64,000 nt of DNA, taken from positions 12,219 through 76,218 of the forward strand of contig CAVTTY010000013.1 in NCBI GenBank assembly GCA_963737765.1, in the 5' to 3' direction. The DNA comes from an uncultured Acidobacteriota bacterium (GTDB lineage: Bacteria > Acidobacteriota > Terriglobia > Acidiferrales > UBA7541). A program made the translations under genes and the position numbers. The notes under the pieces are model-generated. The model ran no database searches. It was not told the origin of the DNA and worked only from the letters and a program-made list of their open reading frames with translations. Shown one piece after another: positions 51,285-59,758 of the stretch (the first letter of the stretch is position 1; every line of letters starts with the position of its first letter).

Positions 51285-52295
51285 CTACTGCGCGGCCGCG
51301 GGAATGATCGAGAAGCACAGCAGAAAAATTATCAGCGCGACGAAAGCCCATAGTTTCCGCGAGGCGTCGAGCGGAGTCCAACGATCGAACAGCGGCGGAT
51401 GCCGGAAGCGGAAGGACAACACCATCAGCGCAATGCCCCACAAGCCCCAGCCGTGCCAGTAGTAAATTCCCATTCCAATCAAAATGATAGCGACGAGCAG
51501 GGAGATGCGCTGGTGACGCTCCGGGCTCAGGCTGTAGATGATGTGGCCGCCATCGAGCTGCCAGGACGGCAACAAGTTCAGCGCGGTGGCAAAGAGGCCG
51601 ACCCAGGCGGCCCGGCCTACCGGCGACAACAGCAACGTGGCGGGATCCGTGCCGGGATGAAACAGTTCGATGAAAATGCGCATCAGCGGCGGATTGCCAA
51701 AAATGATTCCGGCATCGGCTTGAGCGCCTGGAACAATCTTGGAAGTCGCGATGGCGTAGGCCATCAGCGGAACCGCGACCACGAATCCGGCGATGGGCCC
51801 GGCGATGCCAATATCGAAAAGCGCGCGGCGGGTGGTGATGGGCGAGCGAATGCGCAAGAAAGCGCCGAAGGTTCCGAACAAGGTCGGCGCCGGAATGAAA
51901 TACGGATAGCTGACATCGATGCCGTAATATTTGCAGGTGAAATAGTGGCCGAGCTCATGCATCAACAAAATTCCCAGCAGCGTGAGCGAAAAGGGAATCC
52001 CCAGAAGCAGCAGCCGCGGGTGCTGCAACGGCACCATCATCATGGTCAGCGGATTTTCGTCGCCAGAAAAGGGCGCAACATCGTGCGCGTAGGAAAGCGC
52101 GAATTCGGCGCCCACCGCGAGGGTCGAGACCAGAGTCATCAGGAATAAAATCAGCGCGGGCCAAACGGGAGGTTTGCGAATGGGCCGCAGCGGCGGAAGG
52201 TCGATCACATCCTGGAATTGGGCATCCAGAACTTCGAGGGGCGGGCGGAGATGGCCATTGCCGGTACTCATCAGGGTTGGATGCCACCGAGCCAA
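51285..52295 (-). CDS. Site-2 protease family (M50) membrane metalloprotease
   Basis: Intact 336-aa polytopic ORF with the HELGHYF zinc motif and a downstream LNLLPSWQLDGGH motif. Confidence 0.85.
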   Translation of the reverse strand: MARWHPTLMSTGNGHLRPPLEVLDAQFQDVIDLPPLRPIRKPPVWPALILFLMTLVSTLAVGAEFALSYAHDVAPFSGDENPLTMMMVPLQHPRLLLLGIPFSLTLLGILLMHELGHYFTCKYYGIDVSYPYFIPAPTLFGTFGAFLRIRSPITTRRALFDIGIAGPIAGFVVAVPLMAYAIATSKIVPGAQADAGIIFGNPPLMRIFIELFHPGTDPATLLLSPVGRAAWVGLFATALNLLPSWQLDGGHIIYSLSPERHQRISLLVAIILIGMGIYYWHGWGLWGIALMVLSFRFRHPPLFDRWTPLDASRKLWAFVALIIFLLCFSIIPAAAQ

Positions 52296-52372
52296 TTGTG
52301 GTTTCGGTGCGGCTCGTTAGCAGGATCGAGACGAACGTCGCCGAGAAATTCGCGCTGCAGGCAGCGCACTGC

Positions 52373-52681
52373 CTAGGCCTTGTGTTCGGAAGCGGCGGGC
52401 GCTGGGCCGGGCGCGGGCAAAGATTGCAATTCTTTTCCGGGCTTGAAACGAACGGCTTTACCGGGAGGAATGCTGACTTGCTGGCCGGTGCGCGGGTTGC
52501 GGCCGATGCCGGTCTTGCGGGGCTTCACGTTGAAGACGCCGAACCGGCGCAGCTCGATACGCTCGCCGCGGCCCAGGGCGTTCTTCATGGCTTCAAAAAC
52601 GGTTTCGACGGCCTGCTCGGCCTTGGTGCGGGTGATGTTGGTTTTCGCTACGATGGCGTTGACGATGTCGAGCTTAATCAC
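52373..52681 (-). CDS. HU/IHF-family DNA-binding protein (IHF-like, with short P/A-rich tail)
   Basis: Intact 102-aa ORF. IELRRFGVFNVKPRKTGIGRNPRTGQQVSIPPGKAVRFKPGKEL is the canonical HU/IHF arm. Confidence 0.9.
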   Translation of the reverse strand: MIKLDIVNAIVAKTNITRTKAEQAVETVFEAMKNALGRGERIELRRFGVFNVKPRKTGIGRNPRTGQQVSIPPGKAVRFKPGKELQSLPAPGPAPAASEHKA

Positions 52682-52867
52682 AAAGTGCCTCCCGCTGAGC
52701 GGAAACCTATGCTAGACAGGGGGTTGCAGGTTGTCAAGCGTTCGCCCGTGTAATAAACTGCCGCGTCCTGGAATGAGCAAGGCCGCTGGCGCGCGGCACT
52801 TTTGCCCTGCAGGACCGCCGCGACTGTAATCGCGATTGGCGGCGTGGCAGCAAACCCGGAGGAATCG

Positions 52868-53422
52868 ATGTCGGTGAAGTCGGACAAGTGGATTACCAGG
52901 ATGGCCAAGGAACACGGAATGATCGAGCCCTTTGAGGGCCGGCAGGTGCGCGACGGCGTGATCAGCTATGGAGTGTCGTCGTATGGCTATGACATGCGGG
53001 TAGCGGATGAATTCAAGATTTTCACCAATGTGAACTCGTCGATCGTGGACCCGAAACATTTCGATCCGAAATCGTTTGTGGAATTCAAGGGCGCGGTGTG
53101 CATCGTGCCGCCAAATTCGTTCGCGCTGGCGCGGTCGGTGGAGTATTTCCGGATTCCGCGGAATTGTCTGACGATCTGCGTGGGGAAATCGACCTATGCG
53201 CGCTGCGGGATCATCGTGAACGTGACGCCGTTCGAGCCGGAGTGGGAAGGATTTGTGACGCTGGAAATCAGCAATACGACTCCGCTGCCAGCGAAGATTT
53301 ACGCCAACGAAGGATTGTGCCAGGTGATCTTCTTCGAGTCGGACGAGCAATGCGAGGTTTCGTACAAGGATAAGAAGGGGAAATATCAGTCGCAGCAGGG
53401 GATCGTGTTGCCAAAGATTTGA
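52868..53422 (+). CDS. dcd: dCTP deaminase
   Basis: MSVKSDKWI...[13 protein letters not shown]...[46 protein letters not shown]. Intact. The ORF-track start at 52802 is probably too far upstream. Confidence 0.95.
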   Translation: MSVKSDKWITRMAKEHGMIEPFEGRQVRDGVISYGVSSYGYDMRVADEFKIFTNVNSSIVDPKHFDPKSFVEFKGAVCIVPPNSFALARSVEYFRIPRNCLTICVGKSTYARCGIIVNVTPFEPEWEGFVTLEISNTTPLPAKIYANEGLCQVIFFESDEQCEVSYKDKKGKYQSQQGIVLPKI

Positions 53423-53487
53423 GCCCGGCGCCTCAGGGCTTGGTCAGCCCCGAGGCGGCGCGGCAAACGATTTGGGATGCGGAGCTA

Positions 53488-54105
53488 TTATTTCTTGGCG
53501 ACGATTGGCGAAGTGTGGCCCCAGGCGCCGCTGAAGACGAAAGAGTCGAGGGCTTTGCGTTCGCGGGGCGCCACTTCTTTTTCGCGAAGGCCATCCGGCA
53601 GCGTTTTTGGATCGCCTTCGTAGCCGATGGCGAAGCCCGCTACCACGCCGAACCCTTCCGGAATTTTGAAAATTTCCCGCGCTTTGTCCGGCAGGATTCC
53701 CGCCATCTGATGGACCGAAAGACCCAGAGCCTCGGCTTGAATCTGTAGGGTGGCGGAGGCCTGACCAACGTCGTGAAAGGCGTGGCTGTTAGGCTCATTG
53801 TTGTGCCCGAATTTCAATTGCGCCACGCTGAGGCCTACGACCGGAGCGGATTTCGCCCAGCCCTGATTGAATTCCACGAAGCAATCGAGAACGCGTTGAT
53901 AATCAGCGGGGTCGTCCTTGGTGCCGACGATGTAATACCAGGGTTGAGCATTGTAGGAGGAAGCAGCCCAGCGGGCAGCTTCAAAGAGGGCGCGAAGTTT
54001 TTCGGGTTCCACCGCGCGATTTTCGAAGGCGCGCGGGCTCCAGCGATGACTGATCAAATCGTGAATGGAAGTGCTGGTCGAAGCGGGACGTTTCGTTTTG
54101 CTCAT
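53488..54105 (-). CDS. Nitroreductase-family oxidoreductase
   Basis: Intact 205-aa ORF. SHRWSPRAFENRAVEPEKLRALFEAARWAASSYNAQPW is the typical nitroreductase N-terminal motif. Confidence 0.85.
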   Translation of the reverse strand: MSKTKRPASTSTSIHDLISHRWSPRAFENRAVEPEKLRALFEAARWAASSYNAQPWYYIVGTKDDPADYQRVLDCFVEFNQGWAKSAPVVGLSVAQLKFGHNNEPNSHAFHDVGQASATLQIQAEALGLSVHQMAGILPDKAREIFKIPEGFGVVAGFAIGYEGDPKTLPDGLREKEVAPRERKALDSFVFSGAWGHTSPIVAKK

Positions 54106-54173
54106 GTGTTCTCCTCGATGACTGCGTTGGTAAGCTCAGCTAAGATTGACGGCGAACATCTTTGCGGGTTGAT

Positions 54174-54220
54174 GGTTGCGGAGGCGCGGCAGACTCGCTG
54201 ATTGCCGCGCCTCCGCAACC
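54174..54220. repeat. Perfect 18-bp inverted repeat (hairpin) between the DoxX and nitroreductase genes
   Basis: GGTTGCGGAGGCGCGGCA - 11-nt loop - TGCCGCGCCTCCGCAACC. No adjacent U-tract on either strand. Confidence 0.6.
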
Positions 54221-54237
54221 GAACAGAATCTAATGTT

Positions 54238-54654
54238 CTAGGCCTTTTTCAAACGTGCCGCGTCGATCGAGTAGGCACCGGCGCCGAAAGTGGCGACGAA
54301 GAGCAATCCGCCCATGATCGCCACGTTCTTGAACAGATGTATCTGGTTGTCCATCCGTTCCATGCCTTGTAGTGCCCAAAAGTTGTGGAATATCAGCGTG
54401 GTCGGAATCAGGTACAGGAACAGGACCCACGCCGCAATTCGCGTTTGAAAGCCCAGCAGAATCGCCAGACCGCCAAAAACTTCGATCGCCGCCGCCACCC
54501 AAATGCCCAAGTCGGCGGCCGGCAATCCTTTGGATGCCGCGTATCCCACCATGGCCGCGTGCGCGCCGAGCTTGCTCAGGCCGCTGGAGACGAAAATCGC
54601 GCTGATCATCAGCCGGCCAGCTAACGGAACAACACTTGTATTTGAATCGGACAT
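54238..54654 (-). CDS. DoxX-family membrane protein
   Basis: Intact 138-aa ORF. GRLMISAIFVSSGLSKL and IEVFGGLAILLGFQTRIAAWVL are typical DoxX motifs. Confidence 0.85.
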   Translation of the reverse strand: MSDSNTSVVPLAGRLMISAIFVSSGLSKLGAHAAMVGYAASKGLPAADLGIWVAAAIEVFGGLAILLGFQTRIAAWVLFLYLIPTTLIFHNFWALQGMERMDNQIHLFKNVAIMGGLLFVATFGAGAYSIDAARLKKA

Positions 54655-54692
54655 TTCACTTCACCTCGAGTTTGATTTAGCTACGTGGCCCT

Positions 54693-55382
54693 TTATGCGA
54701 GATCGAAAAGCAAGACTTCCGAAGGTTCCTGAGCAACTACGCGGATTTCGTTTTCTTTGGAAATGGCCGCGCCGTCACCCTGCTTGAGTTCCACATCGTT
54801 CAGGCGAACGTTGCCCTTCGCCACCTGGACCCAGGCATGACGGCCGGTTTTGATTTCGTGCTTGGTTTCGTCGTTCCGGTCGAGACGCGCGATAAAAAGA
54901 TCGGCGTCCTGACGAATGGTGATCGGTGCTTTGGGGCCGGCCACGTGCAGAAACTTTCCGCGCAGGTCCTTATCCGGAAACGCGAGCTGCTCGTACTCCG
55001 GTTTCAGGTTTTTCTTTTCCGGAACAATCCAAATCTGCAGCAGATGGGTTGAATCCTTCGGCGACGGATTAAATTCGCTGTGCAGGACGCCCGAGCCGGC
55101 GGTCATGTGCTGCAATTCGCCGGGGCGAATCACCGCGCCGGTGCCCATGCTGTCGCGATGTTCGAGCGAGCCATCGAGAATCCAGGTGAGGATCTCCATG
55201 TCTTTGTGCGGATGCATGCCGAAGCCCTTGCCGGGCGCGACGACGTCTTCGTTCAGGACGCGCAGCGAGCGGAACTGTACGTGCTCCGGGTCGAAGTATT
55301 GGTCGAAGGAAAAAGTGAAATGCGTATCGAGCCATTCGATTTTGTTGCGGCCGCGCTCTTCACTTGGTCTGATCTGAATCAT
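54693..55382 (-). CDS. Pirin-family (cupin) protein
   Basis: Intact 229-aa ORF. GFGMHPHKDMEILTWILDGSLEHRDSMG holds the pirin metal-binding His residues. Confidence 0.9.
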   Translation of the reverse strand: MIQIRPSEERGRNKIEWLDTHFTFSFDQYFDPEHVQFRSLRVLNEDVVAPGKGFGMHPHKDMEILTWILDGSLEHRDSMGTGAVIRPGELQHMTAGSGVLHSEFNPSPKDSTHLLQIWIVPEKKNLKPEYEQLAFPDKDLRGKFLHVAGPKAPITIRQDADLFIARLDRNDETKHEIKTGRHAWVQVAKGNVRLNDVELKQGDGAAISKENEIRVVAQEPSEVLLFDLA

Positions 55383-55866
55383 GGTGTTGCTCCTTTTTGA
55401 AACGCTCCAGGCAGAATGCTTCCGCGCCGTGTCCTAGTTTCCCGGCGATGCGGCGCAAGTCTTCCTGCTCCTGTTCGGTCAATTCGTTCATGATTTTGGT
55501 GATGGCCGCGGCGTGTTCCGGAAAAACCTTAGCAATCAGCCGCGCGCCTTTCGGCGTCAGGTGAATCTGCACCATGCGCCGGTCGTCCTTCTGCCGTTCG
55601 CGACGTACCCACCCGCGCTTCTCCAGGTTGTCGACCACCAGGGTGATGTTGCCGCCGCTGCGTAAAAGCTTCTTGGCCAGGGTGTGCTGGCACATCGGAC
55701 CGAGGTGGTGCAGGGCTTCCAGGACGGCGAACTGGCCCAGGGTGATACCGGAACTTTCGATTTGGGCCGAAGCTTTAGCCGCGATGGAATCGCTGGCGCG
55801 AATCAAGTTGATGTAAGCGCTCAGCGCTCGTTCGGCTTCCTTACAACCTTTGTAATGAGTGGGCAT
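55360..55866 (-). CDS. MarR-family transcriptional regulator
   Basis: Intact 168-aa winged-HTH ORF (LGQFAVLEALHHLGPMCQHTLAKKLLRSGGNITLVVDNLEKRGWVRRERQKDDRR). Overlaps the pirin start by 23 nt. Confidence 0.85.
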   Translation of the reverse strand: MPTHYKGCKEAERALSAYINLIRASDSIAAKASAQIESSGITLGQFAVLEALHHLGPMCQHTLAKKLLRSGGNITLVVDNLEKRGWVRRERQKDDRRMVQIHLTPKGARLIAKVFPEHAAAITKIMNELTEQEQEDLRRIAGKLGHGAEAFCLERFKKEQHHDSDQTK

Positions 55867-55946
55867 ATCGTTTCAGTTTGAATAATTCAAACTTAAACGA
55901 TTGGATGGGACTGAGGCTGAAAAGATTCAGGCAGGTGCCAGGGGTT

Positions 55947-56666
55947 TCAGGGCTTGGCCGTTGGCCTTATAAGTACTTCACTTATAAAGCTTTGCGGGGA
56001 TTGGGTGACGAGCATGGCCACGGCATGGGCGATATCCTCGGATTGCAGCAGTTTGGCGGGATCTTTTCCCGTATGCGGGCTGAACTCGGTATCGACGGTT
56101 CCTGGGCAGATGGCGCTGACTCGAATCCCGAACTGGCGCAGGTCTTCGGCCATGCAGCCGGTCAGGCCCATGAGCCCCCATTTGGAAGCGCAGTACACAC
56201 CGCCGTTCTTGAAGACGTTTTTTCCGGCCAGCGAGGCGATATTAATGATGTGTCCCGTTTTGCGTTCGATCATGCTGGGAGCGACGGCTTTGCTCACCAG
56301 GAACACGGACTTCAAGTTGGTGTCTAATACCGAGTCCCAGTTTCCCTCGGTGGCGTCTTGCGCGGGGCCGAACCAGCCGACCCCGGCGTTGTTCACCAGG
56401 ATGTCGATGGGGCCGAGATTTTTCTGAGTAGCTTGAACGAAAGCAGAAATCTGATCGGGACGAGTGACGTCGACGGGCATTTCAAAAACGGCGGAAGCGG
56501 TGGCGTGCAACTGCTTGGTGGCGGCTTCGAGTTTTTGCGGATCGCGGGAGCAGATGCCCAGTTTCGCGCCCATTTCTCCCAGTCGCTGGGCGATGGCCAG
56601 TCCAATGCCGCGGCTGGCGCCGGTGATGACGGTAACCTTTCCTTCGAGCGGTTTTGCGGATGACAT
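55947..56666 (-). CDS. Short-chain dehydrogenase/reductase (SDR)
   Basis: Intact 239-aa ORF with TGASRGIG cofactor motif, NNAG, and catalytic YCASKWG. Confidence 0.9.
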   Translation of the reverse strand: MSSAKPLEGKVTVITGASRGIGLAIAQRLGEMGAKLGICSRDPQKLEAATKQLHATASAVFEMPVDVTRPDQISAFVQATQKNLGPIDILVNNAGVGWFGPAQDATEGNWDSVLDTNLKSVFLVSKAVAPSMIERKTGHIINIASLAGKNVFKNGGVYCASKWGLMGLTGCMAEDLRQFGIRVSAICPGTVDTEFSPHTGKDPAKLLQSEDIAHAVAMLVTQSPQSFISEVLIRPTAKP

Positions 56667-56800
56667 TCTGCGGCTCCTGGAACAAACGCAAAGGTGGTGT
56701 GAGGCAGCAAATCGCTGCGATTGCTCATCATATCATTTGCATGCAAGTGTGGTGATTCATGCGCAAGTAGCTTAAAATCAGCTACAGAGTTGGATTGACC

Positions 56801-56829
56801 TTGCGTGGGTGGTTTGCTTTCCCTATAAT
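56801..56829 (+). promoter_or_regulatory. Candidate sigma-70 promoter (TTGCGT-17 nt-TATAAT)
   Basis: Perfect TATAAT at 56824-56829 with a 17-nt spacer to TTGCGT. It is followed by a 7-bp hairpin (GGTCGCG/CGCGACC) and an AGGAGG SD before the ATG at 56921. Pattern match only. Confidence 0.35.
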
Positions 56830-56920
56830 CCCGTATATTTTTCTTTACTCCCTGCAGGGGTCGCGGCGGTAAGCGCGACCGTCAATCGCGGAAAAACTGG
56901 CCCAGGAGGCAAGTAAGAAG

Positions 56921-58291
56921 ATGATGCAAACGCGCCCGAAACTGATGGGAATGGTAATCATAGCAAGCGTATTGTGGTGCGCGCCCGCGAGGCCAGTCGC
57001 TGCATTTCCGCAGCAAGCGCAAGATAACAAGCCAGCGCCGTACACCATCCCGGAATACAACGCGTTTCAGGCAGCCCGCGGAGAAACCAATCCGCAGAAT
57101 CGGATCAAGCTGCTGGATGATTTCGTCACGAAGTTTCCGAATTCGACGTTGATGCCGTACGTGACGCAGCTGTACCTCTCGACCTACACCGAGCTGAAGG
57201 ATTACCCGAAAGTCATCGATACCGCCGACAAGGTGGTAGCCCAGGGCGACAAGGTGGATGCCGGCGTTCGGCTGCAAGCGCTGCAAGCGCGGGTGCAGGC
57301 GTTTTCTACCGCGTTCAATCCGAAGGCCCCCGACGCGCACGATCAATTAGTAAAGGAACGCGACGCGGCGAAACAAGGTTCGGCCCTGTTGCAGGCCTAT
57401 CCGAAGCCCGCGACTTCGACGATGTCCGACGCCGATTTTGCGGCACAGAAAAAACCCGGTATCGCGTTTTTTGACGCCTCGGCCGGCCTGGCGAACATGC
57501 AGTTGAAGGACGATGCCGCCGCGGCGGAATCGTTCAAAGCGGCCCTGGTCAACAATCCCGCGGATCCGGTTACCAACTACCGTTTGGGTCTGGCCTATCT
57601 CGGCACCACTCCTCCGCAATCGATCGACGGTTTCTGGTATTTGGCGCGCGCGATCAATTTGAAAATTCCCGACGCCGACAAGATTAAGGACTACCTGCAT
57701 AAAGCGATTTACAATTACGAGCAGCCCGGCTGTGAAACTTCGGTGGACGAGCAATTGAACGAGTTGCTGACCCTGGCAGGAACTTCGGGCGATCGGCCGG
57801 CGACCTACACGATTCCGGCGGCGGCGGATTTGCAGAAGTTGGCGCAGGCCAGCACGATTCTGACGGTTATCACCGATTTGAGCGCGGGTGGCGACAAGGC
57901 CAAGATGACCTGGCTGGCGATTTGCGGCGCGCAATTTCCGGGCGTCGTAGGAAAGATTATTGAAGTGAAGCCCGGCGAAGGATTCGTGGATTTCCTGGTG
58001 GCGACGGGCGCGGATGATGCGGCGTTGCAGGCGGCAACCACTCCGAACATGGATGTGAAGGTTTGGATCACGACGCCTCCCGCGGGAGCCGCCGGCGCGG
58101 CCCAGAATACGGCGCAGCCGGACGTCACGCGGCTGGCCAAGGACGATGGCCTGCGTTTCTCCGGAGCAATCGTCAGCTACGATCCGACGCCGTTCCTGCT
58201 GCATTGGGATCAGGTGAAGGTGGACCCGACGATCATTCCGGAAAAGGCCGAAGCCGGGAAGGCGCACAAGAGAGTTCCGGCGAAACAATAA
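56921..58291 (+). CDS. Secreted hypothetical protein with TPR-like helical N-terminal half
   Basis: Intact 456-aa ORF with signal peptide (MGMVIIASVLWCAPARPVAAF) and an AGGAGG SD. No specific family recognised. Confidence 0.6.
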   Translation: MMQTRPKLMGMVIIASVLWCAPARPVAAFPQQAQDNKPAPYTIPEYNAFQAARGETNPQNRIKLLDDFVTKFPNSTLMPYVTQLYLSTYTELKDYPKVIDTADKVVAQGDKVDAGVRLQALQARVQAFSTAFNPKAPDAHDQLVKERDAAKQGSALLQAYPKPATSTMSDADFAAQKKPGIAFFDASAGLANMQLKDDAAAAESFKAALVNNPADPVTNYRLGLAYLGTTPPQSIDGFWYLARAINLKIPDADKIKDYLHKAIYNYEQPGCETSVDEQLNELLTLAGTSGDRPATYTIPAAADLQKLAQASTILTVITDLSAGGDKAKMTWLAICGAQFPGVVGKIIEVKPGEGFVDFLVATGADDAALQAATTPNMDVKVWITTPPAGAAGAAQNTAQPDVTRLAKDDGLRFSGAIVSYDPTPFLLHWDQVKVDPTIIPEKAEAGKAHKRVPAKQ

Positions 58292-58316
58292 CCGTTTCGC
58301 AAGTTCAAGAAATAGA

Positions 58317-58355
58317 AATGGCCGGTTCCGACCAGGGACCGGCCATTTTTGTTTC
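58317..58355 (+). terminator. Rho-independent terminator (probably bidirectional)
   Basis: AAATGGCCGGTTCC-GACCA-GGGACCGGCCATTT followed by TTTTTGTTT. Lies between convergent genes ending at 58291 (+) and 58385 (-). Confidence 0.7.
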
Positions 58356-58384
58356 AGGGCTGCGAAGATTTACGAGGAACCAGC

Positions 58385-58615
58385 TTAGCGATGCCTGCGG
58401 CCGACGTGGTCCAGCTTATATGCGCCGATCTTGCGGCTCAAGGTATTGCGGTGCATCCCCAGGATTTTGGCGGCGCGGGACTGGTTGCCGTTCAATTTTT
58501 CCAGCACCCGGCGGATGAATTTCTTTTCGAACTCGGTGACCGCTTCTTCGAGCAGTATGCCACGCTCGACCATTAAGCCGACCAGCGACTCCAATTGATC
58601 TTTCACGTTTCGCAC
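58385..58615 (-). CDS. Small Fis-type helix-turn-helix DNA-binding protein
   Basis: Intact 76-aa ORF. C-terminal NQSRAAKILGMHRNTLSRKI is a Fis/NtrC-type HTH. Confidence 0.75.
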   Translation of the reverse strand: MRNVKDQLESLVGLMVERGILLEEAVTEFEKKFIRRVLEKLNGNQSRAAKILGMHRNTLSRKIGAYKLDHVGRRHR

Positions 58616-58714
58616 TCCGCACAGTGCTGGGGAGAAATGGCCGGCGACGACTGTCGCAAAATAAATACGCCAGGACGCGGCTGGTAGCAGCGTGCCGCCT
58701 GCAAGCGAATCTTT

Positions 58715-59614
58715 TTAGTCGAGCGGTTTACCCGTAACTTTCGCGTAGGCTTCCCGGTATTTTGCCGTGGTGGCCTGCACTACATCCGCAGGGAGCTCCG
58801 GACCAGGGGGCTGCTTGTTCCAGCCGATGCGCTCAAGGTAATCCCGGACGAACTGCTTGTCAAAGGATGGTTGCGCTTTTCCGGGGGAGTATTGATCCGC
58901 GGGCCAGAAGCGCGATGAATCGGGGGTGAGGGCTTCGTCGATCCAGATCAGTTCATCGCCCATCAGGCCAAATTCAAATTTGGTGTCGGCGATGATGATG
59001 CCGAGCTTTGCGGCGCGATCGGAAGCTTGCTGGTAAATGTCCAGGCTGGTGTCGCGGATTTTTTCGGCGAGAGGCCTGCCGATCAGCTTGACGGTTTCTT
59101 CGAACGAAATATTTTCGTCGTGGCCGGTGGTGGCTTTGGTCGACGGCGTGAAAATGGGTTCGGGCAGCTTGTCCGATTCGCGCAGGCCCTGGGGCAGGCC
59201 GATGCCACAGATCGCGCCGCTCTTCTGATAGTCCTTCCAGCCGGAGCCGGAAATATATCCGCGCACCACACACTCGACGGGCAACGGCTCGGTCTTCTTG
59301 ACGACCATCGCCCGGCCACGCAGCGATGGGGCGTAAGGAGCCAGCGCACCGGTGAAATCGGTGCCGGAGAGAACGTGGTTGGGAACGATGCCGGCCAGTG
59401 TTTCAAACCAGTACAGGGAAATTTGGGTGAGGACCTTTCCCTTGTCCGGAATGGGAGTGGGCAGCACGACGTCGAAGGCCGAGAGACGGTCGGTGGCGAC
59501 GATCAGCAGCTTATCGCCGAGGTCGTAGATGTCGCGGACTTTGCCGCGCCCGCGAAGAGTCAGTCCTGGAAAATCGGTTTGTGAAATAACGGTAGTCATT
59601 TGTGGGGAGGCCAA
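58715..59614 (-). CDS. purC: Phosphoribosylaminoimidazole-succinocarboxamide (SAICAR) synthase
   Basis: Intact 299-aa [38 protein letters not shown] and [10 protein letters not shown] are characteristic of PurC. Confidence 0.95.
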   Translation of the reverse strand: MASPQMTTVISQTDFPGLTLRGRGKVRDIYDLGDKLLIVATDRLSAFDVVLPTPIPDKGKVLTQISLYWFETLAGIVPNHVLSGTDFTGALAPYAPSLRGRAMVVKKTEPLPVECVVRGYISGSGWKDYQKSGAICGIGLPQGLRESDKLPEPIFTPSTKATTGHDENISFEETVKLIGRPLAEKIRDTSLDIYQQASDRAAKLGIIIADTKFEFGLMGDELIWIDEALTPDSSRFWPADQYSPGKAQPSFDKQFVRDYLERIGWNKQPPGPELPADVVQATTAKYREAYAKVTGKPLD

Positions 59615-59693
59615 TTTGAATTATTCCTCGAATTAGTTTTAAGGCAAAGAGAGACGGTATTCTAGCGCCGCGAGAGGGGTTGTCAACCGTTAA

Positions 59694-59727
59694 GAAAAAA
59701 AAGGCGACGGCTGGAAGGGCCGTCGCC
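59694..59727 (-). terminator. Rho-independent terminator downstream of smc
   Basis: On the minus strand: GGCGACGGC-CCTTCCA-GCCGTCGCC followed by a 9-T run, 32 nt after the smc stop. Confidence 0.75.
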
Positions 59728-59758
59728 AATTGCAGAGTCGTGATGAATTTCGATTTTG

